64,000 bases of DNA, taken from assembly GCA_963814585.1 (NCBI GenBank), contig CAWFDF010000011.1, positions 96,001-160,000 of the forward strand, read 5' to 3'. Below the pieces are notes generated by a model. It did no database searches, was not told the DNA's origin, and saw only the letters and a list, made by a program, of their open reading frames with translations. The DNA is from an uncultured delta proteobacterium (lineage in GTDB: Bacteria; Myxococcota; Myxococcia; Myxococcales; Anaeromyxobacteraceae). Positions within the stretch are counted from its first letter, which is position 1. Every line of letters starts with the position of its first letter. Made by a program: the position numbers and the translations under genes. Of the stretch, positions 8,618 through 22,013 are shown piece after piece.

Positions 8618-10093
8618 ATGTCGAGGTTCGTGCTGGCCATCGACCAGGGGACCACCGGCACCACCGCGGTGCTGCTCGACCGGAAGCTGGCGGTGCGCGC
8701 CGCCGTCAACCAGGAGTTCCCGCAGCACTTCCCGCGGCCGGGCTGGGTGGAGCACGACCTCGAGGAGATCTGGGCCAGCGTCGGCGCCACGGTGAGGAGG
8801 GCGCTGCGGGCCGCCGGCGCGGTCGGCCGCGACGTGGCCGCCATCGGCCTCACCAACCAGCGCGAGACCACCGCGCTCTGGCGGCGCGCCGACGGCCGGC
8901 CGGTGAGCCGCGCCATCGTCTGGCAGGACCGGCGCACCACCGACGCCTGCGCCGCGCTCAAGGCGGACGGCAAGGAGCCGTGGGTGCGGGAGCGGACCGG
9001 GCTGGTGCTCGACCCGTACTTCTCGGCCACCAAGCTGCGCTGGCTGCTCGACCACGTGAAGGGGGCGCGCCGCGACGCCGACGCCGGGAAGCTGGCCTTC
9101 GGCACCGTGGACAGCTTCCTCTGCTGGCGGCTCACCGGCGGCGTGCACGTGACCGACGTCTCCAACGCCAGCCGCACCCTGCTCATGGACCTGGAGGCGC
9201 GCCGCTGGGACGACGCGCTGCTGGACCTCTTCGAGGTGCCGCCTGGCGTGCTGCCGGAGATCCGCTCCTCGTCGGAGACCTACGGCGCCACCCGCGGCCT
9301 CGGCTTCCTGCCCGACGGCATCCCGGTCTGCGGCATGGCCGGGGACCAGCAGGCGGCGCTCTTCGGGCAGGCCTGCTTCGCGCCCGGCGACGCCAAGTGC
9401 ACCTACGGCACCGGCGCCTTCCTGCTGCAGAACGTGGGGCCGAGGCCGGTGCACTCCTCGCGCGGCCTGCTGGCCACGGTGGCCTGGGAGGTGGGCGGCG
9501 AGGTGGCCTATGCGCTGGAGGGCTCCTCCTTCATCGCCGGCGCGGCGGTGCAGTGGCTGCGCGACGGGCTGGGCCTCATCAAGACCTCGGCGCAGATCGA
9601 GACGCTGGCCCGGCAGGTGAAGGACAGCGGCGGCGTGACCTTCGCGCCGGCGCTGGCGGGCCTGGGGGCGCCGCACTGGCGGCCGGAGGCGCGCGGCGTC
9701 ATCCGCGGCCTCGACCGCGGCACCACCGCCGCCCACCTGGCCCGGGCCACGCTGGAGGGCATCGCCCTCTCGGTCTTCGACCTGGCCGAGGCCATGCGCG
9801 TCGAGTCGGGGCAGCCCTTCCAGGACTTCAAGGTGGACGGCGGGGCCAGCCGCAACGACCTGCTCATGCAGGTCCAGGCCGACCTGCTGGGGGTGCCGGT
9901 GGTGCGGCCCAGGGTCATCGAGACCACGGCGGTGGGGGCGGCCTTCCTGGCCGGGCTGGCGGCCGGGGTGTGGGAGTCGCGCCAGGAGATCCGCGCGGCC
10001 TGGCGGCCCGACCGGCGCTTCAGGCCGCGGATGAAGCCGACCGACCGCGAGGCGATGCTGGCGCGCTGGCGGGCCGCGGTGCAGGCGGCGTAA
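8618..10093 (+). CDS. glpK: Glycerol kinase
   Basis: AIDQGTTGT, TNQRET, WQDRRT, DPYFSATK, GDQQAALFGQ, KCTYGTG, VDGGAS. Confidence 0.97.
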   Translation: MSRFVLAIDQGTTGTTAVLLDRKLAVRAAVNQEFPQHFPRPGWVEHDLEEIWASVGATVRRALRAAGAVGRDVAAIGLTNQRETTALWRRADGRPVSRAIVWQDRRTTDACAALKADGKEPWVRERTGLVLDPYFSATKLRWLLDHVKGARRDADAGKLAFGTVDSFLCWRLTGGVHVTDVSNASRTLLMDLEARRWDDALLDLFEVPPGVLPEIRSSSETYGATRGLGFLPDGIPVCGMAGDQQAALFGQACFAPGDAKCTYGTGAFLLQNVGPRPVHSSRGLLATVAWEVGGEVAYALEGSSFIAGAAVQWLRDGLGLIKTSAQIETLARQVKDSGGVTFAPALAGLGAPHWRPEARGVIRGLDRGTTAAHLARATLEGIALSVFDLAEAMRVESGQPFQDFKVDGGASRNDLLMQVQADLLGVPVVRPRVIETTAVGAAFLAGLAAGVWESRQEIRAAWRPDRRFRPRMKPTDREAMLARWRAAVQAA

Positions 10094-10110
10094 CGGGCCG
10101 GCGGCGCGGC

Positions 10111-11496
<1,386 letters not shown>

Positions 11497-11565
11497 GGTG
11501 GAGGAAGGTAGCCCGCGGCTCTGACGGCTGGCCGTGTGGAGGGCGCCGGCAAGCGTCCGTTCTCG

Positions 11566-11599
11566 CTCGTCAACCCCCGGCGGCCGACGGGTTGACGAG
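11566..11599. promoter_or_regulatory. BirA-type biotin operator overlapping the bioB -35 element
   Basis: Inverted repeat CTCGTCAACC-N14-GGTTGACGAG; TTGACG-N17-CATCCT promoter within and after it. Confidence 0.8.
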
Positions 11600-11630
11600 T
11601 CCGATCCGGCCTGACATCCTCCGGCGCCTC

Positions 11631-12731
11631 ATGACCGCCACGTCTGCCGCGACCGCCCCGTCCGCCAAGCTCCCCGCCGGCATCGCCCCCATCTCCGCCG
11701 ACGAGGCCCGCCGGCTCATCCGCCACACCTCCGGCCCGGAGCTGGAGGCGCTGCTGGCCCGCGCCAACGCCGTGCGTGCCGCCGTGCACGGCGACGAGGT
11801 CTCGCTCTGCGGCATCGTCAACGCCAAGAGCGGCCACTGCCCGGAGAACTGCGGCTTCTGCTCCCAGTCGGCCCACTTCGCGGAGGCCACCGCGCCCGAG
11901 TACCCGCTCATGACCGCCCGGCAGATCGCCGAGCAGGCGAAGACGGCCGAGCAGGCCGGGGCGCGCGAGTTCTCCATCGTCACCAGCGGGACGCGGATGG
12001 CGAAGGAGGAGGAGCTGAAGACCATCGAGGAGGCGGTCAAGCTCATCCGCGAGGAGTCGGGCGTGGAGCCCTGCGCCTCGCTCGGGCTGATGCGCGCGCC
12101 GGAGCTCACGCGGCTCAAGGCGGCCGGGCTGATGCACTACCACCACAACCTGGAGACGGCGCGCAGCCACTTCGACCAGGTCTGCACCACCCACACCTAC
12201 GACGAGCAGCTCGACACCATCCGCGCCGCCCGCGACCTGGGCTTCCAGGTCTGCTCGGGCGGCATCCTCGGCATGGGCGAGACCCCCGAGCAGCGGGTCG
12301 AGTTCGCCGAGACCATCCGCGACCTCGGCATCCACTGCGTCCCGGTCAACTTCCTCAACCCGCGCCCCGGCACTCCCATGGCCGACGTCAAGGCCATCAC
12401 GCCGGAGGAGTGCCTGGCGGCGCTGGCGGTCTTCCGGCTGATGATGCCGGCGGCCCACATCTTCGTGATGGGCGGCCGCGAGGTGAACCTGGGCGAGCTG
12501 CAGCACCGCATCTTCGAGGCCGGGGCCGACGGCACCATGGTGGGCAACTACCTCACCAGCGCCGGCGGCACGCCCGAGCAGGTGATCGGCATGGTGGCGC
12601 AGGAGGGGATGTCGCTGCGCCCGCCCGGCACCGGTCGCTGGAGCTACACCGGCCAGGCCGACGGCGAGATCCACTGGAACGAGCAGGCCACGGCGTCGCG
12701 CAGGCCGCGCGGCCTGCCGGTGGTCCGCTAG
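11631..12731 (+). CDS. bioB: Biotin synthase
   Basis: Radical [41 protein letters not shown]. Confidence 0.96.
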   Translation: MTATSAATAPSAKLPAGIAPISADEARRLIRHTSGPELEALLARANAVRAAVHGDEVSLCGIVNAKSGHCPENCGFCSQSAHFAEATAPEYPLMTARQIAEQAKTAEQAGAREFSIVTSGTRMAKEEELKTIEEAVKLIREESGVEPCASLGLMRAPELTRLKAAGLMHYHHNLETARSHFDQVCTTHTYDEQLDTIRAARDLGFQVCSGGILGMGETPEQRVEFAETIRDLGIHCVPVNFLNPRPGTPMADVKAITPEECLAALAVFRLMMPAAHIFVMGGREVNLGELQHRIFEAGADGTMVGNYLTSAGGTPEQVIGMVAQEGMSLRPPGTGRWSYTGQADGEIHWNEQATASRRPRGLPVVR

Positions 12732-12800
12732 CTCCTCCTCCGCGCCCGCCCTTCGACCGCGACCTCGATCCCCGCCCTCGTCACCCCGACCCCGCCCCGC

Positions 12801-13979
<1,179 letters not shown>

Positions 13980-14105
13980 CGGCGCCCCTCGCGGAAGGCC
14001 AGCGAGGACCGCAGCAGGAAGCAGGTGGAGCAGGTGGCGCGCCGGTGGTCGCGAACTTCCCTTCCGGCACCGTCCGTCGCATCCTCGCCCGGTAGGGATC
14101 GACCC

Positions 14106-14789
14106 ATGACCGCGCCTCGAGCCCCCGAGCCTTCGCCCTTGCCAGGAGGCCCGCCCGCGCCCGGACCGTCCGCGGTCCGGGGGGCTGGTGGACTGCCCGC
14201 GGCCTTCGGTCACGCGCTGCGGGGGCTCAAGGAGGTTGCCGGGGAGCGGAACATGCGCCTCCACCTGCTGGCGGGCACGGCCGTCGGCCTGGTGGGCACC
14301 GAGCTGCCGCTGCCGCTGGCGTCGCGGCTGGCGCTGCACCTCTGCACCGCGCTGGTGATCGGGGCCGAGGCGCTCAACAGCGCGCTGGAGGCGCTGGTGG
14401 ACCTCCACACCGTCGAGCTCCACCCCCAGGCCCGGCGGGCCAAGGACGCGGCGGCCGGCGCCGTGCTGGTGCTGGCGGTCGGGGCGGTGCTGGTGGCCGG
14501 GGTGGTGGCGCTCGACGCCCGCCAGGCCATCGCCGCGTGGCTGGCTCGGCCGGGCTGGGAGCTGGCCCTGGCGCTCGACGTGGCGCTGCTCCTCGGCATG
14601 TCCCTGGTCCAGGTGGCGCCGCGGGGATCCCCGTGGTGGAGGATGCTGCTGCTGGGCGGGATGGGCGTGCTGCTGGTGGCGGCCTTCACCCGGAGCGCGT
14701 CGGTGACGCTCACGGCGCAGGCGGCGGTGCTGGTGGTTTGGGCGGCGGTGGCGGGGAGGGGCGTCACCTCGAGGCGCGACGTCAACTGA
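14106..14789 (+). CDS. DgkA-family diacylglycerol/undecaprenol kinase with C-terminal membrane extension
   Basis: ERNMRLH, EALNSALEALVDL, AKDAAAGAVL motifs. Confidence 0.8.
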   Translation: MTAPRAPEPSPLPGGPPAPGPSAVRGAGGLPAAFGHALRGLKEVAGERNMRLHLLAGTAVGLVGTELPLPLASRLALHLCTALVIGAEALNSALEALVDLHTVELHPQARRAKDAAAGAVLVLAVGAVLVAGVVALDARQAIAAWLARPGWELALALDVALLLGMSLVQVAPRGSPWWRMLLLGGMGVLLVAAFTRSASVTLTAQAAVLVVWAAVAGRGVTSRRDVN

Positions 14790-14922
14790 GGCTGTGTCTC
14801 ACGGGACGAGCCCAGGTACCTGCTTAACTGGTAGCATGGCGCCTTTCGCAGCCGACGCCATGCCAGGTCACCCCCGTGAACTTGATGCCCGCGAAGCTTG
14901 CGGGGTATGTGTCCCCTCTCCC

Positions 14923-16527
14923 ATGCGCACCCCGATTCGCAGGTTCGTGGCGCTGCTCCTCTGCTGCCAGCCCGTCTTCTGGATGAGCGACGTGGCGCTG
15001 GCGCAGAGCGTCCAGCAGGCGCAGGGGACGCTCGCCACGTCACCGTTCCCTCCAGCGGGCACGGCGGCATTCCCTCCAGCCGGCACGACGGCGTCGGCCT
15101 CAGGAATGCAGCAGGGCTCCCTTCCCGAGACGGGACTTCCGGAGCGGATGGCCTTGACGGGTCCGACGGCCTCCTTGCCGCCCGTGGACCAGCTGGTGGA
15201 CCCTGAGACCTACGTCTGTGGCCCCGGAGACGTGCTGGACCTCGCCTTCTGGGGGCTGCAGAACTTCAAGCACCGCGTGACCATCGACCTGGAGGGACGC
15301 GCCTTCATCCCGCGGATTGGCTACCTGTCGCTCGGAGGCCAGAGCCTCTCCCGGGTCCGCGCCTCGCTGCGGGAGTCGGTCGGCCGCTACTACCCCAGGC
15401 TCGGCTTCGACGTGGCTCTCGCCGAGCCCCGCACGTTCCTGGTCCAGGCGGTCGGCGACGTGGCCCGGCCCGGCAGCTACCCTGCCCGTGCGGTGGAGCG
15501 GGTCGCCTCGATCGTGCTCCGCGCCGGTGGCCTCGGCCCACACGCATCCAAGCGGCGCATCGAGGTGCGCCGGAAGGGTGGCGCCGTCCTGCCGGTCGAC
15601 CTGGAGCGCTTCCAGCTCGAGGGGGACGTCAAGTTCAACCCGTTCGTCCTCGACGGCGACATCGTCCACGTCCCGTTCGAGGAGCTGACGGCCAAGGTCG
15701 ACGGCGCGGTGAACCGGCCAGGGCGCTACGAGCTGACGGGGAGCCGGGACCTGACCGAGCTCCTGTCCCTGGCCGCCGGGCTCTCGCCGTCGGCGACCCG
15801 GCTCATGCCGGTGGCGGTGGTCCGGCGCGGCGTCAGCGACGCGCAGGACCTGACGCTGCTGCCCTTCTCCGAGGACGGCAAGCTCCCGGCGTTCGCTGTC
15901 CGCCAGGACGACTCGATCCGCTTCCCGAGCTTCGACGAGCTGCAGCGCTCGGTCATGGTGGTCGGCGCGCTGGCCGGCGTGGCCACGCCGGACGAGGGGA
16001 CGGCGACCAAGCGGCTCGCCTTCGTCGAGGGAGACTCGGTGCGGACGCTGCTGGATCGCGTGGGCGGCGTCGGCCCGCTGGCGGACCTGAGCGGCTCCTA
16101 CCTGCTGCGCAGCGGCGACTCCATCCCGGTCGATCTCCACGCGCTCGTCATGCTGAAGGACCTCAAGGCCGATCGGCCGGTCCAGCTCGGCGACACGCTG
16201 GTGGTGCCGTTCAGGCGCCGCAACATCCTGGTGGAGGGGGCGGTGTTCGCCCCGGGGCCGTACCCCTACAATCCCAAGTTCGGGGTGGAGCAGTACCTGG
16301 CGCTGGCGGGCGGCCGCAACCGCTTCGCCATGGACCTGGACGAGGTCCGGCTGGTCACGTCGAATGGCGAGACCAAGATGTTCATGAAGGATCTCAAGGT
16401 GGAGCCGGGCTCGGCGCTGGTCGTGCCCGAGCGGAACTTCTCCCGCTCCGAGATCGTCTTGATCGGCCTGACCTTCGCCAGCGTCCTCATCAGCGGCGCG
16501 ACGCTGTACGTCACGGCCAAGAAGTGA
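14923..16527 (+). CDS. Polysaccharide export protein with multiple SLBB domains (Wza/KpsD-like)
   Basis: YVCGPGDVL, IPRIG, repeated GxVxxPGxY SLBB motifs, C-terminal hydrophobic helix. Confidence 0.85.
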   Translation: MRTPIRRFVALLLCCQPVFWMSDVALAQSVQQAQGTLATSPFPPAGTAAFPPAGTTASASGMQQGSLPETGLPERMALTGPTASLPPVDQLVDPETYVCGPGDVLDLAFWGLQNFKHRVTIDLEGRAFIPRIGYLSLGGQSLSRVRASLRESVGRYYPRLGFDVALAEPRTFLVQAVGDVARPGSYPARAVERVASIVLRAGGLGPHASKRRIEVRRKGGAVLPVDLERFQLEGDVKFNPFVLDGDIVHVPFEELTAKVDGAVNRPGRYELTGSRDLTELLSLAAGLSPSATRLMPVAVVRRGVSDAQDLTLLPFSEDGKLPAFAVRQDDSIRFPSFDELQRSVMVVGALAGVATPDEGTATKRLAFVEGDSVRTLLDRVGGVGPLADLSGSYLLRSGDSIPVDLHALVMLKDLKADRPVQLGDTLVVPFRRRNILVEGAVFAPGPYPYNPKFGVEQYLALAGGRNRFAMDLDEVRLVTSNGETKMFMKDLKVEPGSALVVPERNFSRSEIVLIGLTFASVLISGATLYVTAKK

Positions 16528-17714
16528 CCCCACCGGTGGCCATCCAGATCGATCTGTCCTTCCTCAGGAGTCGGACCTCGCAGCGGCGCATGGCTGCGGT
16601 GTGGGTGGGCTGCGTGGCCTGTGGCTGGCCTACGCCTTGCTGGCCCCGAAGTGGTACGTCTCCGGCATCGTGGTGGTACCCGCCCGCCCGTCGACGGCCA
16701 GCGGCTCTCGAGCATCCTCGGTGGAGAGCTGGGAGGCCTGGCGTCGGCGGGTCTGGATCCCGGCTCAGGCTCGACCGCCGATCCAGCCGCGCATCGCCGC
16801 GGTGCTGCAGAGCAATGCGGTGGCGGACGCGGTCATCGAGAAGTTCGACCTCAAGGCCCGTTACCGCGGTCGATTACATCGAGGACGCGCGGGAGGACCT
16901 GTGGCGACACTGCGCGGTCAAGGCGATCCCCAAACCGAGCCTGGTGCAGGTCACCTGCGAGGACAAGGAGCCGATCTTCGCCAAGGATATGCTGACCTTC
17001 CTCGTCCAGCGGGGCAACGAGGTCTTCCGAAGCGTCAGCGTCGGCTCGGCCTCCGAGGAGGTGCGGTTCCTGGAGGCCAGGGTAGGCCAGCTCCGAACCC
17101 AGGCCGACTCGTCCTCGGATCGCATGCGGGAGTTCCAGGAGACGCACGGCATCATCGACCTGGACACGCAGGCCCGCTCGGTGGTCTCGGCGCTGGCGGG
17201 TCTCCAGGGCCAGCGCATCAGCAAGCAGCTGGAGCTCGAGTACGCCCGGACCTTCTCGGCTGCCGACGAGTCCTCCATTCGCCAGCTGGAGTCCCAGCTG
17301 GCGCTGGTGACCGAGAAGCTCCGCAGCCTGGAGAGCGTCGATGCAGCGCCGAACCGGCCAGTCGGCAAGAAGGCGTCCCCGCCAGGGGTCTTCCCGAAGG
17401 CCGTCGAGGTCCCGCAGCTGCGCGCGGAGTTCGAGCAGCTCTACCGCGACAGGAAGGTGGCCGAGGCCACGCTCATCGTGGCGCTCGAGCGGCTGGAGAA
17501 CGCCAGGGCGAACGAGGCCCGGGACGTCTCGACCTTCGTGGTGATGGACCCCGCCACCCTTCCAGCCAGGCACGCCCGACCCAAGCGGGGATCGGCCGTC
17601 GCGCTCTCGGCCGTCCTCGGAATGCTGTGCTCGCTCCTGCTGGAGTGGTACCTCACTGGCGGTAAGTCCCTGCTCTTGGGGAGAGTGGCGCGGATTAGGG
17701 CTGAAGCGCCGTGA
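16524..17714 (+). CDS. Polysaccharide co-polymerase / chain-length determinant (Wzz/Wzc-N type) with at least four frameshifts between about 16600 and 16870
   Basis: TM + APKWY, ADAVIEKFDL, coiled coils, VMDPATLP...PKR + TM; coding pieces spread over three frames; no kinase domain. Confidence 0.75.
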   Translation: MTPPVAIQIDLSFLRSRTSQRRMAAVWVGCVACGWPTPCWPRSGTSPASWWYPPARRRPAALEHPRWRAGRPGVGGSGSRLRLDRRSSRASPRCCRAMRWRTRSSRSSTSRPVTAVDYIEDAREDLWRHCAVKAIPKPSLVQVTCEDKEPIFAKDMLTFLVQRGNEVFRSVSVGSASEEVRFLEARVGQLRTQADSSSDRMREFQETHGIIDLDTQARSVVSALAGLQGQRISKQLELEYARTFSAADESSIRQLESQLALVTEKLRSLESVDAAPNRPVGKKASPPGVFPKAVEVPQLRAEFEQLYRDRKVAEATLIVALERLENARANEARDVSTFVVMDPATLPARHARPKRGSAVALSAVLGMLCSLLLEWYLTGGKSLLLGRVARIRAEAP

Positions 17715-18566
17715 CCCCCGACTGGCTCTCTCGGGGCACGAGAGATCGCACCGAACTGAGGCCAGTTGGCGGCCGTGCCGCCTCCACTCGCCACCAAATA
17801 CCTTCGGATTCCGGAACCAACGCCGTCGGAGTTCCTTATCGTCCCTGCTTGGCGGGCCCTGAGTCCAGGCCACCGGGGCGTCGCGGCCTCAACGCGTTCG
17901 CTCCATTACCCGCTTGAGGATCTCGGCGTATCACCCGCTCCCACTGGCCGGGGAATCGCCAAGGCAATCCGTGGCCATCAAGCCATCGGATGGCATCGGC
18001 GATGTTCCGGGTCGGATCGGAGCCGGCAACAATGCTTGAGCCCTTTTCCACGGTCAGTGGGCGCACTGTCCTCTCCCACATTGTGACGTTCCGGTGGACT
18101 GGCTCGCTCCGATATTGAGGAGCTGGGCCACCGCGCGTTCTAGGGGGGACCGGTACTCGAAGCGGAATCCCACCCGGAGGCCACCCTCCTCAGCGGTCGA
18201 TTCCCAAAGGGATGGGACCCCACAGTTGCAGAAGCATGCCGCCCCCGGGGTCCACACTATCGTGACGTGTCCTCCTTGCCCTCTCGACGCCTCCCCACGG
18301 ACTGGTCCTATCCGAGGCTGAGGATCCTCTTGGTGCCAAGGACGGCTTAGTCACTTGATCGGGCGACATCTAAGGCGCGGGCGGTCACTGTAGAATTCCA
18401 GGAGACTGATTCACTTGTGGTATCGGAGTCGATTCTCGCGGTCCCCCTCGGATGAAGTGCGCTGGTGCGCGGAGTGCCTCGCCTTGCGAGGATGACCTCT
18501 GGGCCCGGGGACGGGGATGCTCCCTTTCCAGGGTTGAACGTCGCGGCAGTGGAGACGGAATCAGAC

Positions 18567-21500
18567 ATGACCTTCCTCCAGAAGAGATCGCTCTTGCCGG
18601 CAGTAACGCTCCTCCTGCTGGCCGCTTGCGGTAGACCCGGTCCAACCGCGGCTCGATCTCTCAGAATATCCCCCGCCTCATTGACGCTGCCGGTGGGAGG
18701 TCTCGGACTCGTTCAAGCGTCCGTCGATGGCGGCGGCGAGGTCAGTTGGACGACAACAGGCGGATTCCTCGATGGCGCGGGGTATTTCCACGCCCCGATG
18801 GCCGCAGGAACGTACAGCGTCATCGCAACGAGCCTGTCCGATCCCCCCATATCCGATTCAATAGCCGTTGAAGTACTCGACATGAGCGTTGTACTGGCTC
18901 CAGCGAGCACCAAAGTGATCACGGGGAGGGAAGTCCAGTTCACGGTAGCAGTGACCGGCTGGAATGATCCCTCCGTGACCTGGACGGCGACCGGTGGCAC
19001 CGTCGACGAGACTGGGCGATTCACGGCGCCTCTCGAGCCAGGAACCTTTACGGTGAGCGCCACGAGCCGCGCCACCGCCGCCAAGGTAGCCACCGCGACG
19101 GTTGATGTGCATGAAGTCTCCGTTGCCATCGATGCCAGCGCGACCGAGGTGCTTGCCGGTCAGGTACTGCAATTCGATTCAATCGTGACCGGCTGGCCAG
19201 ATAGCCGCGTGGACTGGTCCTCCTCCGGGGGAGTCATCGATCAGGACGGGCGCTTCACTGCTCCTTCCACGCCTGGCGTCTACGCGATTACTGCAACAAG
19301 TCACGCTGACAGCAGCCGATCAGCCACGGTAGCCGTCAGGGTGGGCGAGATCGTGCTTGCGGTCGGTCCTCAAGGCGCCGCGGTACTGACGCAAGGTCAA
19401 CTGCAGTTCAGCGCCACCGTGGCGGGTTGGCCAGATGGCGCGGTAATCTGGTCGACCACGGGAGGCACCGTGGACTCGAACGGGGTCTTGCTGGCCCCAG
19501 CATCGCCAGGCCATTACAGCGTCACGGCGCACAGCGCCATCGACCCGAGCAAGTTCGCTTCCGCCGAGTTCACCGTTTCTCAACTCGCCATTGCGGTCGC
19601 GCCCGTCGCGACGGAGGTACTCACCGGGCAGCGGCTGCGTTTCACGGCAGAGGTGACCGGGTGGTTCGATACTGGAGCGACCTGGACTGCGTCGAGCGGG
19701 ACGGTCGATATCAACGGCCTCTACACCGCTCCGGATCTTCCGGGCGTCCAGACGGTGACCGCCACGAGCATTGCAGATCCGAGCCGCTCGGCATCCGCCT
19801 CGGTGGTGGTGAGCGAGTTGCTCGTCAGTTTGGCCCCATCAGCGATGGCGGTTGCGCCGGGGCAGCAGCGCCAGCTCACGGTGTCAGTGAGCGGCTGGCC
19901 CGATCGTTCGGTGTCCTGGACCATCCCGGAGGGCTACCCCTGTGGCTCAGTGTCCTCCAGCGGTCTCTATACTGCTCCCTTGATGGTGATCGCGACCGCT
20001 TGCCATGCCATCGCGGTTGCAGCTGCCGACCCGACCAAGAGCGCCTCAGTCACGATCACGGTGGCGCCGCAAGCCCACCCGGACGCCGGGATCGCAACCC
20101 TGCGATTGATCCTGAGCGGGCAGATCCTCGATGACAACGGCGCAACTGGGGACATCCGCTCGTACTTTCGGTCCAGTCTCCCTGTGGTATCGGTGCCGGC
20201 CGACCTCACGGCGTGGCAACAAGACGTCTCGACGCTTCGAAGGCGGTTTCTCGACGAGGTGGTATTCGCCGGGCGCGCATCCGAGTGGAGGGACGCTTCA
20301 ACCCGGGTGGAATGGCTGGAGCGGATCGACGGCGGGCCCGGCTACCAGATCCGCAAGCTGCGATACGAGGCGCTCCCCGGGCTCTGGATCCCGGGGCTCC
20401 TTTACATGCCCACCGGCCTGTCAGGTCCGGCGCCAGCCATGCTCCACCCGGTAGGGCATTCCCCGGAGGGGAAGGCAGAGGTGGCGCTGCAGGCGCGCTG
20501 CATCAACCTCGCGAAGCGCGGCGTGATCGGCCTGAGCATCGACTGGTACTGGACCGGCCAGTTGGGCACCGTGCCAGATGCCACGTCTGGCTTCACCCAT
20601 GGACTGCTGCATCAGATAAGCTTGGCTGGGGCCAGCGGAATGGCACCATTTTACCTGGCGCTATCTCGTGCTGTCGACGTGCTGGAGACTCTGCCAGAGG
20701 TCGACGCCGCCCGTATCGGCGTAACCGGGCTCTCCGGAGGAGCATGGCAAGCCATCTGGCTCGCGGCGTTGGACCCCCGAATCGCCATCACCAACACCGT
20801 CGCCGGCTTCTCCCCGCTTTCCACCTGCATGGAGTTCTACAAGGACATCGGCGACTTCGAGGAGCTACCAGTCGATATGGGCTCGGTTGGGGATTTCACG
20901 CACCTCGCCGCGATGGCGGCTCCGAGGCCCCTGCTGCTTGTCAACAACGCCTACGACGACTGCTGCTTCGGCGCCGACCATGCGCTGCAGCCCGTTTACG
21001 AGGCGGCCCTCCCAGCCTATCGATTGTATGGCGTGCCCGACTCGCTTCAAACGCACGTGAACTACGCACCGGGAACGCACAATTTCGGGCGTGACAACCG
21101 CGAGCAGCTCTACCGGTTCGTGGGTGACTTCTTCTTCCCCGGAGATGCGTCGTGGGATCCGATTGAGGCAAGCCCAGGTGAGATCAAGACCGAGGACCAG
21201 CTGAGAGTAGAGTTGCCCCTCGTTCAGACTGACTTCCGATCGCTGGCGCAGCAACTGGCGGCCACCCTCCCTGCCCGCGCGCCAACCGCACAGCGGGTGG
21301 CGCAGGTCGTGCGCAGCCACGTCTGGGATGCAGAGTGGCTGCGGACCGACGCGCCGGAGCTGGCCGGGGAGGTCGTGGTCCGCCGGCGCACGCTCCGGAT
21401 CGGAGCGGCCTGGACGGTGCCTGCCGTGGAGCTCGAGCTGCCTGGCGCGCGCGAGGACGTCATTGTCATGGCGGATACTGGACGCGCCGGCGCTGCCGCT

Positions 21501-21935
21501 GCGACCAGCCGCCTTCTGCTCCAGGGAAGGCGGGTACTGGTCATCGATCCGTTTGCGTTTGGCGAGAGCCAAATGCCCGGGGCTTTCTTGATGGCACTTA
21601 CCTCAGGTGTCGGGCAGCGCCCGCTCGGGTTGGCGGCCAGCCAGGTCTCGGCCATTGCCCGCTTGCTCAGTGCGGAGCGGGGCGGTGTGAGTGTCCCTAC
21701 GATCGCCGCGGTGGGACCCGAGGTGTCGGTGGTGGCCCTCTTGGCCGCCGTGCTCGAGCCAACGTTCGTGGGCGGCGTTGACGTCGAGGGATCGCTAGTC
21801 TCGTTGAAGAGCCTTATCGACTCCAACTCGTCCCCGTACTCAATGCTCACCGTCTGGACCTACGGCTTGCTGGCGGAGGCAGATCTCAATGACCTGGAGG
21901 CCCTGATAGCCCCGCGACCGGTGGTCCATCGCTAG
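18567..21935 (+). CDS. Lipoprotein with six Ig-like repeats and a carbohydrate-esterase-like alpha/beta hydrolase domain
   Basis: Lipobox LLAAC; six ~78-aa repeats (VxW..GG.vd..G.ftAP...G...vtAtS); RIGVTGLSGG nucleophile, APRPLL, GTHNF. Confidence 0.8.
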   Translation: MTFLQKRSLLPAVTLLLLAACGRPGPTAARSLRISPASLTLPVGGLGLVQASVDGGGEVSWTTTGGFLDGAGYFHAPMAAGTYSVIATSLSDPPISDSIAVEVLDMSVVLAPASTKVITGREVQFTVAVTGWNDPSVTWTATGGTVDETGRFTAPLEPGTFTVSATSRATAAKVATATVDVHEVSVAIDASATEVLAGQVLQFDSIVTGWPDSRVDWSSSGGVIDQDGRFTAPSTPGVYAITATSHADSSRSATVAVRVGEIVLAVGPQGAAVLTQGQLQFSATVAGWPDGAVIWSTTGGTVDSNGVLLAPASPGHYSVTAHSAIDPSKFASAEFTVSQLAIAVAPVATEVLTGQRLRFTAEVTGWFDTGATWTASSGTVDINGLYTAPDLPGVQTVTATSIADPSRSASASVVVSELLVSLAPSAMAVAPGQQRQLTVSVSGWPDRSVSWTIPEGYPCGSVSSSGLYTAPLMVIATACHAIAVAAADPTKSASVTITVAPQAHPDAGIATLRLILSGQILDDNGATGDIRSYFRSSLPVVSVPADLTAWQQDVSTLRRRFLDEVVFAGRASEWRDASTRVEWLERIDGGPGYQIRKLRYEALPGLWIPGLLYMPTGLSGPAPAMLHPVGHSPEGKAEVALQARCINLAKRGVIGLSIDWYWTGQLGTVPDATSGFTHGLLHQISLAGASGMAPFYLALSRAVDVLETLPEVDAARIGVTGLSGGAWQAIWLAALDPRIAITNTVAGFSPLSTCMEFYKDIGDFEELPVDMGSVGDFTHLAAMAAPRPLLLVNNAYDDCCFGADHALQPVYEAALPAYRLYGVPDSLQTHVNYAPGTHNFGRDNREQLYRFVGDFFFPGDASWDPIEASPGEIKTEDQLRVELPLVQTDFRSLAQQLAATLPARAPTAQRVAQVVRSHVWDAEWLRTDAPELAGEVVVRRRTLRIGAAWTVPAVELELPGAREDVIVMADTGRAGAAAATSRLLLQGRRVLVIDPFAFGESQMPGAFLMALTSGVGQRPLGLAASQVSAIARLLSAERGGVSVPTIAAVGPEVSVVALLAAVLEPTFVGGVDVEGSLVSLKSLIDSNSSPYSMLTVWTYGLLAEADLNDLEALIAPRPVVHR

Positions 21936-22013
21936 GTCCACGGAAGGGCTGCTGAAGCGTGACCGGGGAACGTCGGCTGAACCCAGGGTTGGCACCTGGA
22001 GTCGCTGGCCGGC

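Noticed and set aside
14790..14925. ops/JUMPStart element before wza
   Set aside because: No GGCGGTAG-type motif found
15046..15093. FPPAGT(A/T)A tandem repeat in the Wza N-terminus
   Set aside because: Short low-complexity linker duplication with no evident function
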